A stretch of DNA of 32,021 nucleotides, from the IMG/VR virus record IMGVR_UViG_2531839667_000012. One strand, 5' to 3'. Made by a program: the position numbers and the translations under genes. Below, piece by piece: positions 1 to 7,332 of the stretch (position 1 is its first letter; each line of letters begins with the position of its first letter). The DNA comes from a virus (taxonomy: Duplodnaviria > Heunggongvirae > Uroviricota > Caudoviricetes). The notes under the pieces are model-generated. The model was given only the letters and a program-made list of their open reading frames with translations. It had not been told where the DNA came from and did no database searches.

Positions 1-1200
1 ATGCTGACCGATACCAAGCTGAAAAACCTCAAAGCGCGGGAAAAACTTTATAAAGTTGCAGACCGTGATGGGCTGTATGTAACCGTATCTCCCAAGGGAT
101 TGGTGACGTTTCGCTATGACTATCGAATCAATGGTCGTCGTGAAACGTTAACGATTGGTCGCTATGGTGACGGTATTTCTCTGGCGCAGGCGCGCGAAAA
201 ATTAGTGGAAGCTAAAAAACGCGTAAATGCAGGAATATCGCCCGCTGGAGAGAAGCGTGACGGTAAAACAAAGCGAAAAGAAGAAAAGACACTCCACGAT
301 TTTACCGTCAGCTACATGAAACACACCCGGCTGGCGGACAGCACAAGGGCGATGAAGCAAAGCATTATCGACAGAGACATCACCCCAGTATGGGGGCGCA
401 AGCTGCTGTCAGAGATAACCCCCTCTCTTCTACGTGAGTATTGCGACAAGATAAAAGCGCGTGGTGCGCCAGCGACAGCGATTCAGGTTCGCAATATCGT
501 TAGCGCGGTGTTTAAGTTCGCCGCGCTTCACGGCAACTATTACCCCAATCCTGCCGAAGAGGTTTTACCGGCTTCAATTGCGACATTCGAAGCGCGCGAC
601 AGAGCGCTCAAACCAGAAGAGATAGGCTGGTTTTTCAATCAGCTTGAACAAACGGGTACATTACCCACCATCAAGCTGGCCATTAAATTGGTTTTATTAA
701 CGATGGTGCGTAAAAGCGAACTGCTGAACGCGCCGTGGGGCGAGGTTAATTTTAATGCCTGCCTTTGGACGATTGACGCTAGCCGTATGAAGGGATCACG
801 GGATCATAATGTTTACCTGTCCCGGCAGGCGCAGGACATTCTGATTGCTCTAAAAATGTGCGCAGGAAGCAGTGATTGGGTTTTACCTTCATGCAATCAG
901 TCATCGCATAAGACCATGTCGGCGGCGACCTTAAACCGGGTCATTAATCTTACGGTTAAGCAGGCGCAGGAACGGGGGATCAGGCTGGCGTCGTTTTCCG
1001 TTCACGATATGCGCCGAACAGCATCGACGTTATTACATGAGGCTGGGTTTAATTCCGACTGGATAGAAAAATGCCTCGCGCACGAGGAAAGAAGCGTCAG
1101 AGCCGTTTATAACAAAGCGGAATACGCAGAACAGCGCCGCGACATGTTGCAGCAATGGGCGGATATGATTGATGGATGGATCAAGCAATACCGCCCGTGA
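1..1200 (+). CDS. int: Tyrosine site-specific integrase, P4/CP4-57 type (N-terminal arm-binding domain, HxxR box, C-terminal catalytic Tyr region)
   Basis: 399 aa ORF; N-terminus LTDTKLKNLK...GLYVTVSPKG typical of P4-family integrases; HDMRRTAST and AVYNKAEY motifs near the C-terminus. ATG is at window position 1, so the true start could lie upstream. Confidence 0.9.
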   Translation: MLTDTKLKNLKAREKLYKVADRDGLYVTVSPKGLVTFRYDYRINGRRETLTIGRYGDGISLAQAREKLVEAKKRVNAGISPAGEKRDGKTKRKEEKTLHDFTVSYMKHTRLADSTRAMKQSIIDRDITPVWGRKLLSEITPSLLREYCDKIKARGAPATAIQVRNIVSAVFKFAALHGNYYPNPAEEVLPASIATFEARDRALKPEEIGWFFNQLEQTGTLPTIKLAIKLVLLTMVRKSELLNAPWGEVNFNACLWTIDASRMKGSRDHNVYLSRQAQDILIALKMCAGSSDWVLPSCNQSSHKTMSAATLNRVINLTVKQAQERGIRLASFSVHDMRRTASTLLHEAGFNSDWIEKCLAHEERSVRAVYNKAEYAEQRRDMLQQWADMIDGWIKQYRP

Positions 1201-1203
1201 GTG

Positions 1204-1470
1204 TTATGCCGGGATTTTGGTGCCAGAGCGCTTTGGGGCTTTGGCCAGATTCTTCTGTACCGCGTTATCAGTAGGGTGATAATTATTTTCCTGCCGTGCC
1301 TTGAGCCAGCGTTCCACTTCCTCTTTGTCCCACGCGACGGCGCGCTTTGTCAGCGCAAAACGCTTGGGAAACAGGCCTTTTTGTTCCAACGCATAAATCG
1401 TACTTTCAGAGAGTGGCACCATCTGTAAAAGCACGTTTTTTCTAATGGCAATTTTCATTGTTTTCCCCAT
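1204..1470 (-). CDS. alpA: AlpA/Vis-family small DNA-binding protein (excisionase-like regulator)
   Basis: 88 aa ORF with LSESTIYALEQKGLFPKRFALTKRAVAWDKEEVERWL, matching the AlpA/Vis pattern; convergent with int, stops 3 bp apart. Start may instead be the ATG at 1458 (GGGGA upstream). Confidence 0.8.
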   Translation of the reverse strand: MGKTMKIAIRKNVLLQMVPLSESTIYALEQKGLFPKRFALTKRAVAWDKEEVERWLKARQENNYHPTDNAVQKNLAKAPKRSGTKIPA

Positions 1471-1819
1471 GCCGTTCGGCGTTCAGGTGTTGCCACTGCG
1501 CTGCAATCCGCTTCATCACCGCATTCCCCTCCGGGATCACCTCCTGCGGCTCTTTCATCAACATTACCCGCCCCCGGATAACGATCAGAGCCTGTTCCAG
1601 CAGGTCATAGTCCAGATAACAGAGGTCGGGAATATCCAGTTGCCACACGTAGCCATTCCATGCTGAAAGCAGCACTTGCGCGGCGGCGCGTCCACCGCTG
1701 GTTTCTGTGAGCGCAACGTCGACAAGGGCATTGACAGCAAGGCGGTATTCCTCCGGTGTTACGCAAAGTCTTTGCCGTTGGGTTTCTTGTGTTGCCAGAG
1801 CCTTAAATATTTCGTTCAT
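1442..1819 (-). CDS. Hypothetical protein, downstream of primase in the same operon
   Basis: 125 aa ORF, backbone-like composition, tightly packed between primase stop (1829) and alpA; no motif recognised. Confidence 0.5.
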   Translation of the reverse strand: MNEIFKALATQETQRQRLCVTPEEYRLAVNALVDVALTETSGGRAAAQVLLSAWNGYVWQLDIPDLCYLDYDLLEQALIVIRGRVMLMKEPQEVIPEGNAVMKRIAAQWQHLNAERHGENNENCH

Positions 1820-1828
1820 AACATTTCC

Positions 1829-4483
1829 TTATCGTTGAAAAACCCAGCACTTCACCGTCGCCGGGCGGCGCGATGCGGCTGGGTAACGGCGGTTAAATTC
1901 GGCGTTAATGCCGCTGTTAACCGTTCTGACTTCAATAAACTTGTGGGTACGGCTGGTTTTTAGCACTCGCTTCAAATCGCTGACCGGCGGGATCTGCTGG
2001 CGGCGTTCGGTAGCCAGTTGAATAAAGTGGTTAAGGTTGACGGCGATAAGCTGTTCATCGCGCGAGTGGTTAAGCTGCGGTTCGTCGTCGCCATCGAGGA
2101 AGTCGAAAATATCCCAGAACTCCTGCACCAGAGGATGATCGGCGCTGATGGCCTGCTGGCGCTCCAGACTGAGGCGGATAAACATTTCTCTGGTTGCCTG
2201 TAGCTGCTCCTTCGTGACCGGAATAACCAGCGCCAGCGCGTCGAGCAGCGCCATAAGCTGGGCGTGGTTTTTAATGATGCGGATATGGCGAATATCGGGG
2301 TGGGCGTGAAGCTGCTGCTCGTATAGCGGGATCTGCCGGTTGACGCACTCCAGCACGGCCTGTTCCGCCAGCGCTGCCTTCAGCATAAAGCCGGAAAGCT
2401 GTTCCACCGGCAGGCGTTCGAGCTGCTCGGCAGCGACCTTGGTCTGAGTATTCTGGCCGCTGCGGTCGGTGTACAGGTGAATAATACGTTCCAGCACCGG
2501 GTTAGAGGCGCTGACGTCGGCGTTTTGCGCAATCACAATCGCGCCCCGGAACGGAGGTTCATAGGTCTCGTTACCGCTGTTACGCAGACCGCGAGACCGC
2601 ACTGACCGCCCGTTGTAGGCGGTTTTTAGCTCTTCCCAATCAAAGCCGCGTTGCTTTGCACCCTCCTGATTACGGTCACCCTCGATCAGCACCACCGGCA
2701 TGTTCGCCACCTGCGCAAAGTTGCGCGCGCGGGCGGCCAGCGTTGATTTAGACGGATCGAAACCTTCATAGTCGCGTCGGCCTAACAGCTTCCAGAGAAA
2801 CTCTATCAGCGTGGTTTTGCCGCTGCCGGGTTCGCCAACGATTTCCAGAAACGGAAAGCTCTTGTGCTTGTCGCGGATCTGTTCGGCAAACATCGTCCCA
2901 AACCAGAACGCCAGCGCCACAAAGCCCTTTGCGCCAAACGCCTGCCAGAGTAGCTGGGGCCACTGGCTGTCCATCTGTTTTAAATTGTTGTTCAGCGTCA
3001 GGCTGACCGACTGGTTCAGGCTTTTAAGGCTGAGTTTGCCCATGTCGAAGAAGTCTTCTTCGTTGAGTGTGTACAGCCGACCATCGCGAACGGCCAGATC
3101 GTTGAACACGTAAGCGCGGTATTCTTTGCTGTAGCCGATAAAATCAGTGGTCTGGACAGTTTTGATTTTGGGAAGCTGCTTGAGCAGCAACTTATCTAAC
3201 TGCTGACTGGTGCCGGTGAAGATGCCGCCCTGCGCGATATGCAGCAGGCGCTTTTTGAATTCTGAGCCGCTGGAAAGTTGGGAGCCGGTGAAGGTGTTTT
3301 TTATCGGCGGCGTGTCGTCCGGGAAGTTAATGCGAAAGTAATACCAGCTTTCGTCGGTAATGGTGTTGGCCTGATAGTAGAGGGCGGTCGGGTAGCAGTT
3401 GGCGATCTCCACCACGGCGGACGACTCTTTCAGCGCCTTCTGTTTCAGCTCTTCTTCGCTCAGGTCGTCATTGGAGAATGAGATGCTTTCATGCACCCGC
3501 ATATAGCGGTCAATATCCAGCTTGAACCAGAACAGGCGGCTGTCAAACTCGAAGTGGAACTCTTTACGCTCTGTCTGTTCGTGCATCAGCAGGGCTTTGG
3601 CGGCGGGAGAGGTGGCGATCAGCAGAGAGCCGTAGTAGCGGTATTTCTTCACCAGCTCCGGGTTAAGCCGGTCGCGCTGGTGCAAATCGTTCCAGTCCAG
3701 CTTGCTGCGGGAATGCGGCGTCTGTGCGGCGGCTGCGCTCCAGCCTTCGTCCCGGCTGCGCTTTACCCATCGCCGGGTATAGCTCATGCCCGCCTTGTCG
3801 TTATCCAGCGCCCAGACCAGTAAAGGGCGCTTTTTATCCACGAACAGCGCGGCCAGTTGACTTAACGCCTGCGCCGGATAGTTGTTGCAGGTCATCAGGG
3901 AAACGGCGGCGATGCCGTGGTGATGCAAGGCGATAGCGTCAAAAATGCCTTCAACCAGCCAGATCTCCTGTTGTTCCTCCAGTTTCAGCGTTGGCAATTG
4001 CCACCATAGCCCGCTGTAAGCGCCGTGAAAGTTGGCTTTGCGATCGCCGAAACGTTGTGGACGGTCAACGATCCGCTCCCACCACACGCCGTCAGCCAGC
4101 GGGAAACGTACCGTCGCTGAACCGATATCACGCCGTGGGTCGTAGTAGTTCTCTTGAGTGTAACAGTCACGGATCAGCGAAAGGTCAAAGCCGCGCATCT
4201 CGCGCAGGTAGGCATCGGCGGCGGCCTGTGGGTTTTCCGGGGTTGGGGGATATCTGTCTGACCAGCTTTCAAACAGATCCGGGTACATATCTTTGATGTG
4301 GATTTCGGCATTGCATTTATTCAGGCGACCGCAGCGCAATACCCACGGGCTGATGGCATTGGTGTACAGCTCTTTTTTCTGGCAGTCCGGGCAGATGCCC
4401 TGCCGCAGCCAGTCGCCCTGTTCTTTAAAGGAAAAGTCGGCCAGCAGTCGCCGCGTAATTTCCTGATGAAGTTGTGGTTGCAT
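1829..4483 (-). CDS. Primase-helicase (N-terminal zinc finger, DnaG-like toprim motifs, C-terminal P-loop NTPase), P4 alpha-like in function
   Basis: 884 aa ORF; CPDC...C cysteine cluster near N-terminus; LVEGIFDAIAL and WALDNDKAG toprim-like motifs; Walker A GEPGSGKTT; AAAGG SD about 8 nt upstream of the ATG at 4483. Confidence 0.85.
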   Translation of the reverse strand: MQPQLHQEITRRLLADFSFKEQGDWLRQGICPDCQKKELYTNAISPWVLRCGRLNKCNAEIHIKDMYPDLFESWSDRYPPTPENPQAAADAYLREMRGFDLSLIRDCYTQENYYDPRRDIGSATVRFPLADGVWWERIVDRPQRFGDRKANFHGAYSGLWWQLPTLKLEEQQEIWLVEGIFDAIALHHHGIAAVSLMTCNNYPAQALSQLAALFVDKKRPLLVWALDNDKAGMSYTRRWVKRSRDEGWSAAAAQTPHSRSKLDWNDLHQRDRLNPELVKKYRYYGSLLIATSPAAKALLMHEQTERKEFHFEFDSRLFWFKLDIDRYMRVHESISFSNDDLSEEELKQKALKESSAVVEIANCYPTALYYQANTITDESWYYFRINFPDDTPPIKNTFTGSQLSSGSEFKKRLLHIAQGGIFTGTSQQLDKLLLKQLPKIKTVQTTDFIGYSKEYRAYVFNDLAVRDGRLYTLNEEDFFDMGKLSLKSLNQSVSLTLNNNLKQMDSQWPQLLWQAFGAKGFVALAFWFGTMFAEQIRDKHKSFPFLEIVGEPGSGKTTLIEFLWKLLGRRDYEGFDPSKSTLAARARNFAQVANMPVVLIEGDRNQEGAKQRGFDWEELKTAYNGRSVRSRGLRNSGNETYEPPFRGAIVIAQNADVSASNPVLERIIHLYTDRSGQNTQTKVAAEQLERLPVEQLSGFMLKAALAEQAVLECVNRQIPLYEQQLHAHPDIRHIRIIKNHAQLMALLDALALVIPVTKEQLQATREMFIRLSLERQQAISADHPLVQEFWDIFDFLDGDDEPQLNHSRDEQLIAVNLNHFIQLATERRQQIPPVSDLKRVLKTSRTHKFIEVRTVNSGINAEFNRRYPAASRRPATVKCWVFQR

Positions 4484-4571
4484 TGCCAGTACCTTTATTC
4501 AGGTAATACTTACCCGTCGCATAGACACGTTGTTTATGCGTTGTGGTTGTGAGTCTTTTATTTACTGAGCG

Positions 4572-4802
4572 TTACGCGATTTTCTGTTTTTGCAGAAATT
4601 GCCCGCGTGTGGATAGTGGTATGTGTATCTTAGGATTCGGGCAACCGCTCGGTACCACCGTTCCCATCACGGTTTCCATTGCGATAAATGAAAACGAACA
4701 GTTAACGTTTTTGCACTGGTAATAGAGCTTACGTACCAGCGGTGACATATATTCGCTGCTGCGAATTATCGCCTTACCGTCGCAGTGTGGGCATTTCATC
4801 AT
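4572..4802 (-). CDS. ogr: Ogr/Delta-family zinc-finger late transcription activator
   Basis: CPHCDGKA...YYQCKNVNCSFSF matches the Ogr C-x2-C...C-x4-C pattern; ORF track begins at a GTG (4820), but an ATG at 4802 with AAGGAG upstream is the more likely start. Confidence 0.85.
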   Translation of the reverse strand: MMKCPHCDGKAIIRSSEYMSPLVRKLYYQCKNVNCSFSFIAMETVMGTVVPSGCPNPKIHIPLSTRGQFLQKQKIA

Positions 4803-4838
4803 GTCCGATCTCCTTACCACTTTTAACTAACTGAAACA

Positions 4839-5045
4839 CTAACGCTTTTCGTTAACGGACTGACGAAATAGTGTGATGCCGTTCAAAAAAATGATTCTTG
4901 CCATGCTGGACATCGAACGGTTCTGATCCAGCGCTAATGCTTCCAGTTCCGCGATTTCAGCGGGGAGCAGGCGCATTGCCACCGGTTTGTTCGACATCAC
5001 CCCGCGAGGTGCTCGTGAGCGTAAGACGTTCTCATTTGTTTTCAT
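4839..5045 (-). CDS. Small ribbon-helix-helix (CopG/Arc-like) regulator, first gene of the leftward operon (Cox/Apl-position analogue)
   Basis: 68 aa ORF; KPVAMRLLPAEIAELEALALDQNRSMSSMARIIF fits an RHH beta-strand plus two helices; divergent from the XRE gene; start may be the internal ATG at 4997. Confidence 0.55.
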   Translation of the reverse strand: MKTNENVLRSRAPRGVMSNKPVAMRLLPAEIAELEALALDQNRSMSSMARIIFLNGITLFRQSVNEKR

Positions 5046-5054
5046 GGTGGTATA

Positions 5055-5077
5055 TTGTGGTTATTAACATTACACAA
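5055..5077. promoter_or_regulatory. Inverted repeat TTGTG-N13-CACAA in the 55-bp divergent intergenic region; candidate operator of the switch
   Basis: Sequence ttgtggttattaacattacacaa lies between the divergent RHH (minus) and XRE (plus) genes. Confidence 0.35.
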
Positions 5078-5100
5078 AGCGTATAGGAAAAATATTCCCT

Positions 5101-5466
5101 ATGTCAACCGAGAAACAGGAAATATTTTACATTATTGGGGCTAGGTTGCGAGAAGAACGTGAGCGACTTGAGAAGAGCCAGAAATTTATGGCTGAGGCAC
5201 TTGGGGCGGATATCAAAACATGGAACAACTATGAGCGGGGGGCATCGGTGCCTGATGCTCATAAATTAACCATTATAGCGGCAGTGGGTGTAGACGTTCT
5301 GTATGTTCTGACTGGCAACCGCACGCCTGTAGTTACGTTGTCCAGTAAAGAGAGTGTGTTGGTCGAAAATTACCGTTCTGCTACGCCAGAACACCAGTCC
5401 ACCCTTGACACGGTTAGCGCTGCGCTTGCGCAACCGGGTGTAGGGAAGAAAGCTGGAGGGGCGTAA
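5101..5466 (+). CDS. XRE-family helix-turn-helix regulator (candidate immunity repressor / operon regulator)
   Basis: 121 aa; N-terminal IGARLREERERLEKSQKFMAEALGADIKTWNNYERG is an HTH_XRE/Cro-C1 pattern; AGGAAA upstream; stops 5 bp before the next gene. Confidence 0.8.
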   Translation: MSTEKQEIFYIIGARLREERERLEKSQKFMAEALGADIKTWNNYERGASVPDAHKLTIIAAVGVDVLYVLTGNRTPVVTLSSKESVLVENYRSATPEHQSTLDTVSAALAQPGVGKKAGGA

Positions 5467-5470
5467 TTTT

Positions 5471-5905
5471 ATGTTTAATACAGTATCTCTTATTATTGTT
5501 GTGATTTTGCTATGTGCTGTCGTTTCAGCTCTTATTACTCAGAAGAGAGAAAAGAAAAAAGGGAGCGTAGATAAAGTTAGTGATGAAATTTTACGTATCA
5601 GGTCTCTTGGGAAAAAACAACCGCTTTATTATTCTAACGCAACCACAAGATATGAAGAAATACCGCCGTCTGTTCAAAAAAATAGAAAAATTAATATACT
5701 GAAAATAGGAAAAGTAAAATATATCGCTTTCAGTTACATAGATAGTAAAGGTGATTTTACTCACCGTGAGGTGGATGTTTCATCTATAGATAATGAATAT
5801 TTACAAGGGTATTGCCACTTAGCTAAAGAGTATAGAACATTTCGCCTTGATAGGATTCAGGGGGATGTTATTTGTAGAGATACAGGGGAAGTTATTTTAA
5901 ATTAA
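5471..5905 (+). CDS. Membrane-anchored WYL-domain protein (N-terminal TM helix, C-terminal WYL-like ligand-binding domain)
   Basis: 144 aa; hydrophobic N-terminus VSLIIVVILLCAVVSALI followed by KREKKK; C-terminal YIAFSYIDSKGDFTHREVDVSSIDNEYLQGYCHLAKEYRTFRLDRIQ resembles the WYL signature; strongly AT-rich. Confidence 0.6.
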   Translation: MFNTVSLIIVVILLCAVVSALITQKREKKKGSVDKVSDEILRIRSLGKKQPLYYSNATTRYEEIPPSVQKNRKINILKIGKVKYIAFSYIDSKGDFTHREVDVSSIDNEYLQGYCHLAKEYRTFRLDRIQGDVICRDTGEVILN

Positions 5906-5929
5906 CGATAAATATTAAGTGAGGATGTT

Positions 5930-6331
5930 TTGAATACATATAATTTATTTATTAGTCATTCATGGAAATATAATGATACATATGAATCATTGGTACGTCT
6001 TTTAAAAGGAAGAGGATATTTTGATTTTAAAAATTACTCAGTACCAAGAATAGATCCTATCATTGGTGCTAATAGCCATTCAGCTTTATATTCAGCAATT
6101 CAAAATCAGATGCGACCGTCTCAGGTAGTTTTGATTTTAGCCGGTGTATATGCATCATATAGTACTTGGATTGATGCAGAAATAAGGATAGCCAAGGATT
6201 GGAAAAAGCCAATTATCGCTATTGAACCTTGGGGATCTGAGAGGACATCCAAGGTAGTAAAAGATGCAGCGAACAGAATTGTAAAATGGAACTCAGATAG
6301 TATTGTTAAAGCAATTAGAGAGTTGGCATAA
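5930..6331 (+). CDS. Minimal TIR-like domain protein (predicted NAD+-processing signal generator)
   Basis: 133 aa; begins LFISHSWKY (TIR betaA-like) and contains YASYSTWIDAEI, resembling the TIR SxWxxxE catalytic-glutamate motif; TTG start with GAGGA upstream; AT-rich. Confidence 0.6.
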   Translation: MNTYNLFISHSWKYNDTYESLVRLLKGRGYFDFKNYSVPRIDPIIGANSHSALYSAIQNQMRPSQVVLILAGVYASYSTWIDAEIRIAKDWKKPIIAIEPWGSERTSKVVKDAANRIVKWNSDSIVKAIRELA

Positions 6332-6341
6332 GGATTAACTG

Positions 6342-7307
6342 ATGAGAAAGGCTCTGTTTGTTGGGATTAATGAATATGCGGAAATTTCTCATCTTGCGGG
6401 ATGTGAAAATGATGCTATGAAGATGTCTGCGGCATTGTCCAGACATGCGGATGGGCGTCCTAATTTTGAAGGGAAAGATTTGATTCACCGTGAGCAGATG
6501 CCTGTAACTAAGGTATTGCTTGAGCAAGAAATTCAGACTTTATTCAGTGGTTCAGCAGATATAGCTTTATTATTCTTTGCTGGGCATGGGTATTTTGATG
6601 AAAATATAGATGAAGGGGTTATCATTCCTCATGATTACTCTTCTCATCAAAGCAATGGTGTGAGAATCAGTGATATCATGCTATGGGCATCGAGAGCAAC
6701 CAATATTAAAAATAAAATAATAATACTAGATTGCTGTCAGGCGGGCGCTGCCGGACAAGTCAGGAACTTAAGAGGTGGAGACTCCATTCTTGCTGATGGC
6801 ACAACAATATTAACCGCATGTCAGCGTGATGAATATGCGCAAGAGCAGGATGGTCAGGGTATTTTTACAGCCTTAATGTTGGAGGCTTTATATGGCGCAG
6901 GTGCTAATATATTGGGGCATGTAACACCCGGTAGTTTGTATAGCTTTGTTGACCAAGCATTAGGTGCATGGGAGCAGCGACCGGTATTTAAAACAAATGT
7001 ATCCAGATTCGTAGTGCTAAGAGAAGTCGGGCCAAGAATCCCGTTAGAAACATTAAGGCAATTACCTGATTGGTTTGCTAGTGGTAGTGCTGAATATCCT
7101 CTTGATCCTAGTTACGAGCCTGATTCAGGAGCACCAAATGAGGATAATGTAAGGATATTTCGGCAATTACAAGCCTGTAATCGTCATGGCCTTGTTGAAC
7201 CTGTTAACGCAGAACATATGTATTATGCAGCGATGAATTCAACTGCATGTAGATTGACCGCTTTGGGAGCCTATTATAGAAAACTGGCAGAGAAAAGGCG
7301 TTTTTGA
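6342..7307 (+). CDS. Caspase-like protease (peptidase C14 / metacaspase-like His-Cys dyad) with C-terminal domain of unknown function
   Basis: 321 aa; KALFVGINEY start, FFAGHGYF (His-Gly) and IILDCCQAGAAG (catalytic Cys) in caspase order and spacing; AAGGA SD 7 nt upstream; AT-rich. Confidence 0.8.
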   Translation: MRKALFVGINEYAEISHLAGCENDAMKMSAALSRHADGRPNFEGKDLIHREQMPVTKVLLEQEIQTLFSGSADIALLFFAGHGYFDENIDEGVIIPHDYSSHQSNGVRISDIMLWASRATNIKNKIIILDCCQAGAAGQVRNLRGGDSILADGTTILTACQRDEYAQEQDGQGIFTALMLEALYGAGANILGHVTPGSLYSFVDQALGAWEQRPVFKTNVSRFVVLREVGPRIPLETLRQLPDWFASGSAEYPLDPSYEPDSGAPNEDNVRIFRQLQACNRHGLVEPVNAEHMYYAAMNSTACRLTALGAYYRKLAEKRRF

Positions 7308-7332
7308 TTAATCGGGTGTACGGGGGTTGGTT

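Noticed and set aside
2018-4296. Plus-strand ORFs antisense to the primase gene (2018-2203, 2811-3113, 3278-3481, 3491-3823, 3724-3936, 3991-4296)
   Set aside because: All lie within the 884-aa primase-helicase coding region on the opposite strand; none has a recognisable motif.
4484-4571. The 88-bp gap between primase start and ogr stop as a possible attachment site separating two elements
   Set aside because: No direct repeat or tRNA-like sequence was evident, and the genes on both sides are co-oriented as one operon; kept only as a hypothesis under the satellite-versus-mosaic finding.
5101-5905. XRE plus WYL genes as a single frameshifted wHTH-WYL regulator (BrxR/CapW-like pseudogene)
   Set aside because: The two ORFs are in a clean head-to-tail arrangement with a stop, a 4-nt gap and a new ATG preceded by a GGAGG-like SD, and the second protein starts with a hydrophobic TM segment that a linker would not have; two genes fits better. 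Not fully excluded.
5471-7307. Canonical Thoeris (ThsA plus ThsB) assignment for the TIR-containing operon
   Set aside because: No SIR2, SLOG or Macro-domain ThsA-like gene is present; the partner is a caspase-like protein, so the classic type I/II Thoeris label does not fit.
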